A DNA stretch of 55,647 nt from a virus. Taxonomy: Duplodnaviria; Caudoviricetes. The stretch lies in the IMG/VR virus record IMGVR_UViG_3300044838_000023, positions 1 to 55,647 of that record; one strand, written 5' to 3'. The position numbers and the translations under genes are program-made. The notes below the pieces were generated by a model. The model searched no databases, was not told the origin of the DNA, and was given only the letters and a program-made list of their open reading frames with translations. Positions 1 through 9,926 of the stretch are shown in pieces (the first letter of the stretch is position 1; every line of letters starts with the position of its first letter).

Positions 1-126
1 AGGTCGATATTTCAAGAGCAACATGGAGAAGCTCCGCTCGGTCCAGAACGACATGAACTCGCAGGTGATCGAGATCGGGCAGGCCACGTTGGATGATCTG
101 TACGCATCGCTGAACTTGAAGGCAAC
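1..126. repeat. Terminal direct repeat (copy 1) of 55521-55646; assembly overlap of a circular or circularly permuted genome
   Basis: Bases 1-126 (aggtcgatat...ggcaac) are identical to 55521-55646, and one ORF reads through the junction. Confidence 0.93.
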
Positions 127-295
127 CCCGTACGCCAGTGAGCTTGGCTGGACGACGGACAAGCTGCTCGATATTCAGTTCAGTGCAGTATTGACCACCG
201 ACAACCAGCCCTGCATTTCGATCGACTACCACGTGGAGCCGGTTCGCGGAGCCGCCGGGTTTCACAAGGGGTGCAGCGCTGACCCCGACTTCTGA
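1..295 (+). CDS. C-terminal part of the conserved phage protein starting at 54991 (wraps the origin, about 274 aa; DUF6353-like)
   Basis: In frame with GTG at 54991 through the terminal overlap; C-terminus resembles that of 2498-3373. Confidence 0.75.
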   Translation, partial: GRYFKSNMEKLRSVQNDMNSQVIEIGQATLDDLYASLNLKATPYASELGWTTDKLLDIQFSAVLTTDNQPCISIDYHVEPVRGAAGFHKGCSADPDF

Positions 296-364
296 CGAAT
301 ACCTCAACCAATTCATATTCGGGCTCATGATTGAGCCATGGCAGTATTCGTAGGAAGGATCTAA

Positions 365-685
365 GTGGACGCCAATACATTTAACAAGGTGTTCGCTGAG
401 ACGGTGCAAAAGTCGTCCGACGTACTTGTCAGTAAGGCCGGCGAGTACGCGGACGACTTTGACCGTCTCAGGAATTTCAAGACCGCCGCAGCTTTAAAGG
501 ACGAGACCGCTATCAAGGCACTCAGTGGGATGTTGGCTAAGCACACGGTGTCAATCTATGAGCTTATGGGTCGTAACAAAGTGCCGCCACTCGCCCTTTG
601 GGATGAGAAGATCATCGATCACATCAACTATCTAATTCTGCTGCGAGCCGTCGTAGTGGAAACTCTCGAAGAAGGAGACAACTAA
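365..685 (+). CDS. Small alpha-helical protein, possibly a nucleotide-modification-associated (Nmad1/DUF1599-like) domain
   Basis: K..EY...DRLRNF motif, D.INYL.LL C-terminus; SD aagga upstream of GTG. Confidence 0.5.
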   Translation: MDANTFNKVFAETVQKSSDVLVSKAGEYADDFDRLRNFKTAAALKDETAIKALSGMLAKHTVSIYELMGRNKVPPLALWDEKIIDHINYLILLRAVVVETLEEGDN

Positions 686-687
686 GC

Positions 688-1281
688 ATGCTCAAGGAAA
701 CTGTCAAATACGAGAACTTCGACGGAGTTGAGAAGGAGGAGACCCTCTACTTCAACCTGACGAAGACCGAGATGATCGACATGCTCGACCTGCAGCCTCG
801 CCTCGAGGCCTGGGCGAAGGCCACTGCCGGTGTAGATCGTGACCTCACCACGTCTGAGATCACCGACATGATTGAGATCATTAAGCTCCTGATCGAGAAG
901 TCCTATGGTGTTCGCACCGAAGACGGCAACCATTTCCGCAAATCGCCGGAGTTGTACGCGAACTTCAAGGACTCGGCCACCTACGACGCGTTTGTGTTCG
1001 GGCTATTCATGGATCCGGAGCATGGTGTCGCGTTCATGATGGGAATTCTGCCGAAGGGTATCGAAGAGATCGCTGAGCGAATTTCGAAGGCAAACACCAA
1101 CAAGACGGAGCTGGCAAGTCTTCCGGATATTCCAGCTACCTCAAGCGAAACCATCACGGCAGTCGATGAAGAGGTGCCGGCCTGGATCCGTGAGGACCGG
1201 GATCCGACATCGAAGGAGCTTCAGGAAGCTTCGCCCGAGGAAATGCGTCTCGCGTTCAAAAGGAAGATGGCCAAGAACTAA
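688..1281 (+). CDS. Conserved hypothetical phage protein
   Basis: 197 aa, SD aaggag, phage-like codon usage. Confidence 0.7.
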   Translation: MLKETVKYENFDGVEKEETLYFNLTKTEMIDMLDLQPRLEAWAKATAGVDRDLTTSEITDMIEIIKLLIEKSYGVRTEDGNHFRKSPELYANFKDSATYDAFVFGLFMDPEHGVAFMMGILPKGIEEIAERISKANTNKTELASLPDIPATSSETITAVDEEVPAWIREDRDPTSKELQEASPEEMRLAFKRKMAKN

Positions 1282-1291
1282 CCAATCTGGT

Positions 1292-1328
1292 CTCGCGTGT
1301 GAAACACGGATTATAATGAGACCCCTAC
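1292..1328 (+). promoter_or_regulatory. Conserved promoter-like motif copy (CTCGCG-N14-TATAAT-GAGACCCCTAC)
   Basis: ctcgcg tgtgaaac acggat tataat gagacccctac; same spacing as 8 copies in 51274-54426. Confidence 0.8.
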
Positions 1329-1348
1329 TATCCCAAAAGGAAGCCGCC

Positions 1349-1615
1349 ATGAATAAGCTCGACGCCACCAAGCTCGTTGTTGAATTTGTCGTTGGCACAG
1401 GCGTCGCTAAGATCACCAGTGACATCATCGCCAATAACATCAATGACCCCGAAAAGATTACCTCCAAGGTAAGCACTATCGCGGGCGCTGTTGTTCTCGG
1501 AATGATGGCAAAGGACGCATCGAAGCGTTACGTCAGTGTCAAGATCGATTCGACCATCGAAAGCTTGAAGAAGTCCAAGCAGAAGATCGCCGAAGCCAAG
1601 AAGGAAGAGTCGTAA
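1349..1615 (+). CDS. Small cassette-type hypothetical protein (MNKLDATK..., 88 aa)
   Basis: ATG 1349 after aaaagga SD directly behind the promoter motif; the 5' extension in the ORF track is probably spurious. Confidence 0.75.
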   Translation: MNKLDATKLVVEFVVGTGVAKITSDIIANNINDPEKITSKVSTIAGAVVLGMMAKDASKRYVSVKIDSTIESLKKSKQKIAEAKKEES

Positions 1616-1622
1616 CTCTCAG

Positions 1623-1662
1623 AACTTAGATCACATTAACATGTGGTTTAAGTTTTCATATT
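1623..1662 (+). terminator. Conserved cassette hairpin / intrinsic terminator
   Basis: AACTTAGATCACAT-TAAC-ATGTGGTTTAAGTT stem with G-U pairs, followed by T-rich tract. Confidence 0.7.
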
Positions 1663-1675
1663 TGAAAGAGGAAAC

Positions 1676-2353
1676 ATGGACGAATTCCCGAGTAATAGCC
1701 ACACGGGTCAAGAAAAAGAAGGTCCTAAGCGCCAAGGGCCAGCACCAAAAGGCAAGCTGCCAAAGGAAGTCAAGCAGGTTGTCACTGGTAAGGTAGTTCG
1801 TCGAAAGAAGCCTTTGGGGACACGATTCAAGGAGACCTTCTTCAGTGGAGACGGAACACGAGGCGTCTGGGGGTATGTCATGGGCGAAGTGCTCGTGCCA
1901 GCAGCCAAGGATATGATCGTAGATGCCACTAGAAATGGTGTCGAACGAGCAGTCTTCGGCGAATCCCAGCGAGGTCCTCGTGGTTGGCGGCCAGGCAACA
2001 GCCCCAGCGGCCACACTCGCTACGACGGATATTCTCGTCCGAGCAATACACCTCCGTGGCGTGGTAGTCAGCCAGCTCAGCGAGAGATCAGCAGTCGGGG
2101 TCGATCGCAGCATAACTTTGATGAGATCATCCTGGATTCACGGGGGGAAGCCGAGCAGGTGATCGACGTACTCATCGATATTGTGAATGAGTATGGTCAA
2201 GCAACCGTCGCAGATCTCTACGAGTTGGTCGGCATCACAAGTGCCTACACGGATCCTAAGTACGGCTGGACCAGCATGCAGGGTGCCGGCGTACAGCATA
2301 TTCGTGGAGGTCAATACCTTCTCAATCTACCGAAGCCACAGCCACTCGACTAG
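1676..2353 (+). CDS. Conserved hypothetical phage protein
   Basis: 225 aa, SD gagga; C-terminal YG.ATVADLYEL..YGW domain. Confidence 0.7.
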   Translation: MDEFPSNSHTGQEKEGPKRQGPAPKGKLPKEVKQVVTGKVVRRKKPLGTRFKETFFSGDGTRGVWGYVMGEVLVPAAKDMIVDATRNGVERAVFGESQRGPRGWRPGNSPSGHTRYDGYSRPSNTPPWRGSQPAQREISSRGRSQHNFDEIILDSRGEAEQVIDVLIDIVNEYGQATVADLYELVGITSAYTDPKYGWTSMQGAGVQHIRGGQYLLNLPKPQPLD

Positions 2354-2363
2354 GAGGTCGGTC

Positions 2364-2501
2364 GTGTCACAAAGTGCGGAACGTATGGCGGTCTACAACG
2401 CATATTCCGGTAAGGAATGGCACGACCGCGTCAATAAGATGTCTGATTCACAGATCGTCGCCATCTACATGCGACTCAAATTGCAAGGGAGAATCAAGTG
2501 A
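2364..2501 (+). CDS. Small hypothetical protein (VSQSAERMAV...)
   Basis: Strong SD aggaggt before GTG 2364; stop overlaps the next start (GTGA). Confidence 0.65.
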   Translation: MSQSAERMAVYNAYSGKEWHDRVNKMSDSQIVAIYMRLKLQGRIK

Positions 2502-3373
2502 AGTTCGTTCCGAATGCGGTCAGCGTAGCTGCCGCTCGTTCAATTCTCACCAGCCAGAAGCACAGCCCAAAGACGCTCTTCCTCGCCGGCATCGTCGGAA
2601 TGGGGGCGACGGTATATTTGTCATGCAAAGCAACCCTCAAGGTCGAAGCAGTTCTCGATGAACACGAGAAGGAAAACGCAATCCTTGCTGAGACCAGCAC
2701 TGGGATTGTCAATAACACGGCGTTCCACAACCGCGAGATGGCTAAGGCCAAGCTGAACCTCGCGCTCGATCTCGGCAAGCTCTACGGTCCGGCAATTCTC
2801 TGCGGAGCAGTTTCCGTGGCGGCACTGGCCGGCTCGCACAACATCCTTTCCAAGCGCAATGCAGCTCTCGCGGCGGCATATGGTGCAGTCGAGAAGGCCT
2901 TCGGCGAGTATCGTGGTCGGGTTCGTGAGGCCTACGGCGAGGAGAAGGAGCAGGAGATCTACAACGATGTCCAGGTCTGCGAGATCGAGGACCCGGAGAC
3001 CGGCAAGAAGAGCAAGGCCAAGAAGGGTCAGGGCGGCGGGCCATATTCGTTCTTGTTCGACGAGTTCAACAAGAACTGGGAGCCTCAGCCCGAGTACAAC
3101 TTCATGTTCCTCAAGCTTCAGCAGCAGTACGCTAACGATCGTTTGCAGGCTCGTGGGCATCTCTTCCTGAATGAGATCCTGGATGCTCTCGGTCTCGAGC
3201 ACACCAAGGCCGGCGCAGTCACTGGCTGGATCAAGGGTAAGGGCGACGACTATGTCGACTTCGGCATATTCGAGGGCCGCAACGAAGAGAAGATCGTCGA
3301 GTTCATGATCGGCCGGGAGAAGTCGATCTGGCTGAACTTCAACGTCGACGGCACCATCTACGACAAGATCTGA
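2498..3373 (+). CDS. DUF6353-like conserved phage protein, paralog of the 54991-295 protein
   Basis: Shared SP.L..G hydrophobic segment and KRxAALAAAY...EKA..EYR motif. Confidence 0.65.
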   Translation: MKFVPNAVSVAAARSILTSQKHSPKTLFLAGIVGMGATVYLSCKATLKVEAVLDEHEKENAILAETSTGIVNNTAFHNREMAKAKLNLALDLGKLYGPAILCGAVSVAALAGSHNILSKRNAALAAAYGAVEKAFGEYRGRVREAYGEEKEQEIYNDVQVCEIEDPETGKKSKAKKGQGGGPYSFLFDEFNKNWEPQPEYNFMFLKLQQQYANDRLQARGHLFLNEILDALGLEHTKAGAVTGWIKGKGDDYVDFGIFEGRNEEKIVEFMIGREKSIWLNFNVDGTIYDKI

Positions 3374-3383
3374 GGAGGACATC

Positions 3384-4250
3384 ATGGTTGCGAAAGATAC
3401 AGCAGTAGTCCTTGCAGAGGCGTCAGAGGTTGTCGAAGACGCCGTCGATATTCTGGAGGACCGAGTCTCATGGCTGGTCAAGAATCCGAAGGCTCTGATC
3501 GGTATTGCCCTGCTGACTGGTGTCGTAGTCGGCTCAGCTGCTACCTATTTGGTTGTGCGGCAGAAGTTGACCTCAAGGCTTCAAGCCGAGGCCGACGAGC
3601 AGATCCAGGACGTCAAGGATCATTACGCAATCCTCAACAAGACAGGTCCGAACGGTGATCTCGCAGCATTGGCCTCGGTATATTCCGATGAGGAGCGTGC
3701 TGAGGGCAAGCAGATCGTCGAGCGGGAGGGCTACATGGCCTATGACAAGGTCCGCCCGTCCACTGAGAAGGTAATTGAGGTGGTAGAAGAAATAACCGTT
3801 ACGCAGGCAATCGTCGAGGCAACTCTGCCTATCGAGCGAAATGTCTTTGAGAGCGACAATGCGGATGATTACTTCATATTCGCGGAGGAGCTGGAGAAGC
3901 GTGCGGAGAAGCCTGATGAACCGTTCGTCATCACCAAAGAAGAGTGGGATGCCAACGAGACCGATTACGATCAGGCAGAGCTGACCTACTACGAAGGTGA
4001 CGATGTCTTGACGGATTCGAAGGAGAAGCCGGTCGAGGACACCGATGGAGTGGTGGGCAACGAGAATCTCCTGAGGTTTGGGCATGGATCGGGCGACCCC
4101 AAGGTCGTCTATATTCGTAACAACAACCTGAGTCTCGACTTCGAGATGTCTCACAGCTCTGGCAAGTTCGCCAAGGAGGTCCTCGGCTTCGATGACGAAC
4201 TGACTCATTCTGACCGGCGCCCACGGAAGTTTCGTGCGTCCGATGAGTGA
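3384..4250 (+). CDS. Acidic hypothetical protein with N-terminal transmembrane helix
   Basis: 288 aa, SD gaggagg, hydrophobic ALIGIALLTGVVVGSAATYLVV. Confidence 0.7.
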   Translation: MVAKDTAVVLAEASEVVEDAVDILEDRVSWLVKNPKALIGIALLTGVVVGSAATYLVVRQKLTSRLQAEADEQIQDVKDHYAILNKTGPNGDLAALASVYSDEERAEGKQIVEREGYMAYDKVRPSTEKVIEVVEEITVTQAIVEATLPIERNVFESDNADDYFIFAEELEKRAEKPDEPFVITKEEWDANETDYDQAELTYYEGDDVLTDSKEKPVEDTDGVVGNENLLRFGHGSGDPKVVYIRNNNLSLDFEMSHSSGKFAKEVLGFDDELTHSDRRPRKFRASDE

Positions 4251-4777
4251 TGGACGAACTGCTCGATGAGCAATATCTGACCTGGCTCTACGCGAGGATC
4301 GGCTCTGTCAAGGAGACTCGAAAAGAGCTCACCTATTGGCATCTGTTCAAACTACTCTACACAAAAGAGTTTGTTTGGCTGATTCCGAACGATGATAACC
4401 GAGTAGAAGACGGTAGATATTTGCGTTATGAGTTCCTGGACGAGGTAGATGTGTCCGGGAACGTAGACCCGAACTGGATGGGACTGGGGTGTTCCGTGCT
4501 AGAGATGCTGATGGGTGTGGCCAACCGGCTTGCATTCGAGGCAGACAAGACACCCCAGTTGTGGTTCTGGGAACTACTGACCAATCTAGGCCTGAGCGGA
4601 TACACAGACAGGAGTGTTGACGAACGAGCAATCGAAGACATAGTAGATAGGCTGATCTGGAGAACCTACAAGCCGAACGGTGAAGGCGGGTTATTTCCTT
4701 TGCGTCATCCCGAAGAAGACCAACGGCATGTTGAGATCTGGTATCAGCTGAGTCTCTATATTCAAGAACGGCACTAG
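4247..4777 (+). CDS. Conserved hypothetical phage protein
   Basis: 176 aa, coupled to upstream gene; NDDNRVEDG and GGLFPL motifs. Confidence 0.7.
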   Translation: MMDELLDEQYLTWLYARIGSVKETRKELTYWHLFKLLYTKEFVWLIPNDDNRVEDGRYLRYEFLDEVDVSGNVDPNWMGLGCSVLEMLMGVANRLAFEADKTPQLWFWELLTNLGLSGYTDRSVDERAIEDIVDRLIWRTYKPNGEGGLFPLRHPEEDQRHVEIWYQLSLYIQERH

Positions 4778-4793
4778 CGGGAGGGGAGGGTAG

Positions 4794-7700
4794 ATGGATT
4801 TCTTTGTAACTCGAGTGAAGGAATTAAAGAATGGAGCACTCGAGATCTATCCGGATTTCACGATCGGGCGTTCTAAAGATCTGATGGTCCGTGGTCGTGC
4901 ATTCTATGCCATTTGGGATGAAGCTATCGGACTCTGGTCCACAGATGAGTACGACGTTCAGCGTCTGGTTGACGAGGAACTGTACGCAGAAAGGGACCGG
5001 CTCTACTCAGAACGCCAGTGCCACGTGAAGGATCTTCGATCGTTCGACAGCAACTCCTGGAATCAGTTCAAGCGATTCGTGCAGCAAGTCAGTGACAGCA
5101 GCCACCCGCTGGACATGAAGCTGACGTTTGCGAATACCGACGTCAAGAAGTCGGACTATGTGAGTAAGAGACTCCCGTACAGTTTGTCCCCCGGGGAAAT
5201 CCCCGCGTGGAATGAGCTGATCGGAACTCTATATTCCGTCGAAGAGAGAGCGAAAATCGAATGGGCCATCGGCGCAGTCGTAGCAGGAGATTCAGCGAAG
5301 ATTCAGAAGTTCTTAGTGCTCTACGGGCCGGCTGGTACGGGGAAATCCACGATCCTAAATATTGTGGACACCCTCTTTGCCGGTTATACGACATCATTCG
5401 AAGCGAAAGCCCTAGGCGGGAACAACAACCAGTTCGCCACTGAGGTATTCAAGAACAATCCGTTGGTTGCGATCCAACACGACGGTGACTTGAGTCGTAT
5501 CGAGGACAACACAAAACTGAACAGCATCATATCTCACGAAGAGATGACCATGAACGAGAAGTACAAGCCGAGCTACACGAGCAAGGTGAATGCTTTCTTA
5601 TTCATGGGTACAAACCAGCCCGTTAAGATCAGCGACGCGAAGTCGGGCATCATTCGTCGTCTGATCGACGTACAACCTACGGGTGTTAAGATCCCAGCGA
5701 ACCACTACCACACCCTGATGGGTCAGGTGGACTTCGAGCTCGGTGCCATAGCACAGCACTGTCTCAACGTATATCGTGCGCTGGGTAAGAATCACTACAA
5801 CGCCTACCGCCCCACTGAGATGATGTTCCAGACAGATGTGTTCTTCAACTTCATCGAGGCCCACTTCGACATATTTAAGAATCAAGATGGAGTGAGTCTC
5901 AAGCAGGCGTATGTGCTTTACAAGGAATTCTGTGCCGATACAGGTATCGATCGAATGTTACCTCAGCACAAGTTCCGGACTGAATTGCGAAACTACTTCG
6001 ACAACTACAAAGAGCGAGAGACCATCGGGGATATTCACGTTCGATCGTGGTACTCCGGGTTCAACGCAAACAAGTTCAAGCAACCAACGAAGGAAGTCAA
6101 CACATTCAGTTTGGTAATCGAGGAGACCGAGTCGCTTCTCGACGTGGAGCTAGCAGACATGCCAGCTCAGGGAGCAACAGCAAATGAGACTCCGAAGGGT
6201 AAGTGGGAGAAAGTCAAGACCAAGCTTTCTGACATTGACACTTCAGAGTTGCATTTTGTGAAGGTGCCCGCGAATCATATCGTGATCGACTTCGACCTTA
6301 AGGACCAAGATGGAATCAAATCGCTGGAGAGGAATCTTGAGGCTGCTTCGACTTGGCCTGCGACTTATGCAGAGCTCAGTAAGAGTGGAGCCGGAGTTCA
6401 TCTGCACTATAACTACACCGAAGACGTTAATCGACTCTCAGGGGTATATTCTGAAGGAATCGAAGTCAAGGTGTACACCGGAGATGCGTCATTGCGTCGG
6501 CGTTTATCCAAGTGCAACAGTGTGCCAATTTCGGATCTCGCCTCAGGACTTCCACTAAAGGAGAAGAAGATGCTCCAAACTCAAACTATCCAGAGTGAGA
6601 AGGGCCTTCGGGAAATGATCACTCGTAATCTGCGGAAGGAGATCCATCCTGGAACCAAGCCATCAGTAGACTTCATCAAGCATATTCTCGATGAGGCGTA
6701 TGACGACGGTATGACCTATGACGTTAGCGACATGCGTTCGAAGATCATGGCCTTTGCCAACAACTCATCTAATCAATCCTTGAACAGTCTCAAGGTTGTC
6801 ACACAGATGAAGTTCCAGGGACGTGACGTAACTAAGGACAACGACGCTCCAGGGCCAGCTAAGCCCGATGACGTCAAGGTCAAAGACGCTCGCATCGTCC
6901 TCTTCGACGTGGAGGTATATCCTAACCTTTTCGTCTTGTGCTGGAAGTATGAGGGTGATAGCAATGTGGTTCGGATGATAAATCCGTCTGCGCAGGACGT
7001 AGAGGGTCTCTTCAAGCTCAAGTTGATGGGATTCTTCAATCGTCACTACGACAACCATATTGTGTACGCCAGGTTCCTAGGTTACAACAACCAGGAGCTT
7101 TATGAGCTCTCGCAAAAGCTCATCGATAACGAGCGGCATGCAGAGTTCGGCGAAGCGTACAACATTTCTTATGGTGACATCCACGATTTCAGTTCAATCA
7201 AGCAGAGCCTGAAGAAATTCGAGCTGGACCTTGGTATCCTGCACATGGAACTCGATATTCCGTGGAACGAACCAGTACCTGAAGAGCTCTGGGACAAGGT
7301 CGTTGAGTACTGCGTCAACGATGTGGAAGCCACTGACGCTGTGCTCCAAGATCGACGGCAGGACTTCGTAGCGAGGCAGATTCTTGCTGAGCTGTCTGGT
7401 CTGAGTGTCAATGACACCACAGCCAAGCACACCGCGAAGATTCTGTTTGGCAACGATCGTCATCCACAAGAGCAATTCATCTACACCGATCTCAGCAAAG
7501 AATTCCCTGGCTATATCTTTGAAGGCGGTAAATCTAGTTATCGTGATGAAGACCCAAGCGAAGGGGGCTACATATACGCTGAGACCGGTTACCACGAGAA
7601 TGTCGCTCTTCTGGACATTGCTTCAATGCATCCCACGACCATCGAGGTGCTTAATCTCTTTGGTAAGGAGTTCACCAAGAAGTTCTCCGAACTGAAGGAA

Positions 7701-8615
7701 GCTCGTGTTGCAATCAAGCGCAAGAAGTACGACAAGGCTCGCAAGATGCTGGACGGTAAACTAGTACCATATCTTGTGGACGAGTCGCAGGCCGACAAGC
7801 TGGCCTATGCGCTAAAGATTGTGATCAACATCGTCTACGGTCTCACCTCGGCGAAGTTCAGCAATCCGTTCCGGGATCATCGCAACGTCGACAACATCGT
7901 GGCGAAGCGTGGTGCTCTGTTCATGATCGAGCTTAAGAATGCTGTTCAGGAGAAGGGATATACCGTTGCCCATATCAAAACCGACTCCATCAAAATCCCT
8001 GACGCTACACCAGATATCATTCAGTTCGTCACCGAATTTGGGGCCAAGTACGGGTATGATTTTGAGCATGAAGCCACTTACAACAAGTTGGTTCTCGTCA
8101 ACGATGCTGTATACGTTGCTCAGAAAGTCGAGGGCGAAGCGAAAGCCCAGTACACGTGTGTAGGTGCGCAGTTCCAGCATCCATATGTCTACAAGACGCT
8201 GTTCACGGGAGACTCGATCGAGTTCGACGATCTTGTCGAAGCTAAGTCGGTGATCAAGGGTGCGATGTACCTGGATCCAAAGTATGAGCGAAAAGTAGGT
8301 AAGGCTTCTAATGCGGCCGACTATCTGAGCGACATGCACTTCATCGGTCGTTCAGGTCGGTTTGTTCCAGTGCGCGAAGGCGTCAATGGTGGTGGTCGAC
8401 TCTATCGAATCAACGACGAGAAGGCCTACGCTGTTGCTGGCACCAAGAACTATATCTGGATGGAAGCCACCATGGCTCGCCATTTGGAGGCCGAAGGTCT
8501 GATTGATATGGATTACTTCGACGGTCTTGCTGAAGAAGCCAAACTCACCATCGAGAAGTTCACGGGGTTCGAGGCCTTCGTTCGTAATAACAAGGTCGCG
8601 GAGCCCCCTTTCTAG
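4794..8615 (+). CDS. Fused SF3 (D5-like) helicase / AEP-type primase / family B DNA polymerase with 3'-5' exonuclease
   Basis: Walker A GPAGTGKST; IVIDFD and SKSGAGVHLHY primase motifs; Exo I FDVE, Exo II FNRHYD, Exo III YCVND; PolB motifs DIASMHP, KIVINIVYG, KTDS. Confidence 0.85.
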   Translation: MDFFVTRVKELKNGALEIYPDFTIGRSKDLMVRGRAFYAIWDEAIGLWSTDEYDVQRLVDEELYAERDRLYSERQCHVKDLRSFDSNSWNQFKRFVQQVSDSSHPLDMKLTFANTDVKKSDYVSKRLPYSLSPGEIPAWNELIGTLYSVEERAKIEWAIGAVVAGDSAKIQKFLVLYGPAGTGKSTILNIVDTLFAGYTTSFEAKALGGNNNQFATEVFKNNPLVAIQHDGDLSRIEDNTKLNSIISHEEMTMNEKYKPSYTSKVNAFLFMGTNQPVKISDAKSGIIRRLIDVQPTGVKIPANHYHTLMGQVDFELGAIAQHCLNVYRALGKNHYNAYRPTEMMFQTDVFFNFIEAHFDIFKNQDGVSLKQAYVLYKEFCADTGIDRMLPQHKFRTELRNYFDNYKERETIGDIHVRSWYSGFNANKFKQPTKEVNTFSLVIEETESLLDVELADMPAQGATANETPKGKWEKVKTKLSDIDTSELHFVKVPANHIVIDFDLKDQDGIKSLERNLEAASTWPATYAELSKSGAGVHLHYNYTEDVNRLSGVYSEGIEVKVYTGDASLRRRLSKCNSVPISDLASGLPLKEKKMLQTQTIQSEKGLREMITRNLRKEIHPGTKPSVDFIKHILDEAYDDGMTYDVSDMRSKIMAFANNSSNQSLNSLKVVTQMKFQGRDVTKDNDAPGPAKPDDVKVKDARIVLFDVEVYPNLFVLCWKYEGDSNVVRMINPSAQDVEGLFKLKLMGFFNRHYDNHIVYARFLGYNNQELYELSQKLIDNERHAEFGEAYNISYGDIHDFSSIKQSLKKFELDLGILHMELDIPWNEPVPEELWDKVVEYCVNDVEATDAVLQDRRQDFVARQILAELSGLSVNDTTAKHTAKILFGNDRHPQEQFIYTDLSKEFPGYIFEGGKSSYRDEDPSEGGYIYAETGYHENVALLDIASMHPTTIEVLNLFGKEFTKKFSELKEARVAIKRKKYDKARKMLDGKLVPYLVDESQADKLAYALKIVINIVYGLTSAKFSNPFRDHRNVDNIVAKRGALFMIELKNAVQEKGYTVAHIKTDSIKIPDATPDIIQFVTEFGAKYGYDFEHEATYNKLVLVNDAVYVAQKVEGEAKAQYTCVGAQFQHPYVYKTLFTGDSIEFDDLVEAKSVIKGAMYLDPKYERKVGKASNAADYLSDMHFIGRSGRFVPVREGVNGGGRLYRINDEKAYAVAGTKNYIWMEATMARHLEAEGLIDMDYFDGLAEEAKLTIEKFTGFEAFVRNNKVAEPPF

Positions 8616-8628
8616 ACGAGGATTGGGA

Positions 8629-8742
8629 ATGGGATTATTGCTCCTGATCCTCGCCATAATTCTGATGCTGCTGGGGGTTGTGACTTACTTCGGTCATGGC
8701 CCCCTCGTGGCTCTAATGAAACGGCGGGACAGATGGTACTAA
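8629..8742 (+). CDS. Small membrane peptide
   Basis: SD gagga, MGLLLLILAIILMLLGVV hydrophobic helix. Confidence 0.5.
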   Translation: MGLLLLILAIILMLLGVVTYFGHGPLVALMKRRDRWY

Positions 8743-8829
8743 ATGTTGTAGCGATTGCTCTTAGCTCGTTTGGATTGGGCTGGACTCTGAGCGATGGTGC
8801 GCACCGATATTTCGAAAGAAGGCGGCGCA

Positions 8830-8946
8830 ATGAAGATCGATAAGATCGGGCAGTTCTTTGGCTGGCTCGTAGTCATCATGCTCTGCATCCTCTTCATCTC
8901 GCTTCTGGCTTTCGGGATCGTCTCGATCTGGGAAGCCATATTCTAA
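8830..8946 (+). CDS. Small membrane peptide (MKIDKIGQFFGWLVVIMLCILF...)
   Basis: Read directly from the sequence; SD aagg, one TM helix. Confidence 0.5.
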   Translation: MKIDKIGQFFGWLVVIMLCILFISLLAFGIVSIWEAIF

Positions 8947-8996
8947 CCGGAGACTGACACAAGTTAGTCTCTATCAATTTTAGGGAGGGCAACAAA

Positions 8997-9926
8997 ATGA
9001 ACAAGAAAGTAATCGCTCTGCTGACGGCCTTGTTGGTCGCAGTGATCGGCTTCATCATCTTCGTCGTGGCTCCAAACTCGGATGCGCACGATGCTCCGCC
9101 GCAGGGAAGCGCGGTCTGCCAGACTACTGGTGCGAATGCCACCTGGAAGGTCGATAACGGCTCGGCAACTACCGAGAACACCGGCGGCGTGGATGTCGTC
9201 GTCACCATCACGTCTACTGCCGGCGTTGTCGCGCAGTCCAACGGAGCAGTCAAGGGAGACGGCAAGGTCATCACATTCACGGTGACTGATATTCCAGTCG
9301 ATGTCTCCAGCGTTACCGTTAACGCCAAAACTACATGGTATAAGAATGGCGAAGACAACCATCACGTGACCATCAACAAGCCGGCGAACAACTGCGCAGG
9401 AGTCGTCGATATTCCCTCGGCTCCGCTACCGAATCCTCCGACGTGTGATGCTCCTGGGTCGGTCGTCATCCCGGAGAACGTTCTGCCGCTGAAGTGGACT
9501 GCGGGTCCTGGTGTCAACGACGTGACCGTGCATATTGCTGGCGGATCGAACGTCACGTTCTCGGATGGGTCGACTCACCAGACCTTCACTGAGGATGTGC
9601 TTCCGCAGAAGACCGGCAAGGAATGCGACACCAGTACTCCTACGCCTACCCCGACCAGCTCAACGCCGGCACCGCCTACCAGTTCCACAGCGGTTCCTCC
9701 GACGTCATCTGCTCCGGTCACGAGTGCTTCTATCAGCAAGACCCCAGTGAAGTCGTCAGCCAGTTCCTCGATCGGTACTGGTGTGGCTGTCTCGCGGGCT
9801 GCCGTGCATCAGCCGTTGGCCTCGACCGGATCACGGACTGGTGCTCTTCTTGCGGTGAGTGCTGCTCTTCTAATGAGTGGTTTGGTTCTTCTGTTCTTTA
9901 CCGCGAGAACAGGAAAGCGTACCTAG
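8997..9926 (+). CDS. Sortase-anchored cell-surface protein (signal peptide, beta-rich domains, P/T/S linker, LAxTG signal)
   Basis: N-terminal MNKK+hydrophobic signal; PLASTG followed by TM helix and basic tail RTGKRT. Confidence 0.8.
   Translation: MNKKVIALLTALLVAVIGFIIFVVAPNSDAHDAPPQGSAVCQTTGANATWKVDNGSATTENTGGVDVVVTITSTAGVVAQSNGAVKGDGKVITFTVTDIPVDVSSVTVNAKTTWYKNGEDNHHVTINKPANNCAGVVDIPSAPLPNPPTCDAPGSVVIPENVLPLKWTAGPGVNDVTVHIAGGSNVTFSDGSTHQTFTEDVLPQKTGKECDTSTPTPTPTSSTPAPPTSSTAVPPTSSAPVTSASISKTPVKSSASSSIGTGVAVSRAAVHQPLASTGSRTGALLAVSAALLMSGLVLLFFTARTGKRT

Noticed and set aside
1-126. Terminal repeat as a biological direct terminal repeat
   Set aside because: It falls mid-gene and its length fits a k-mer assembly overlap; it indicates circularity, not physical genome ends
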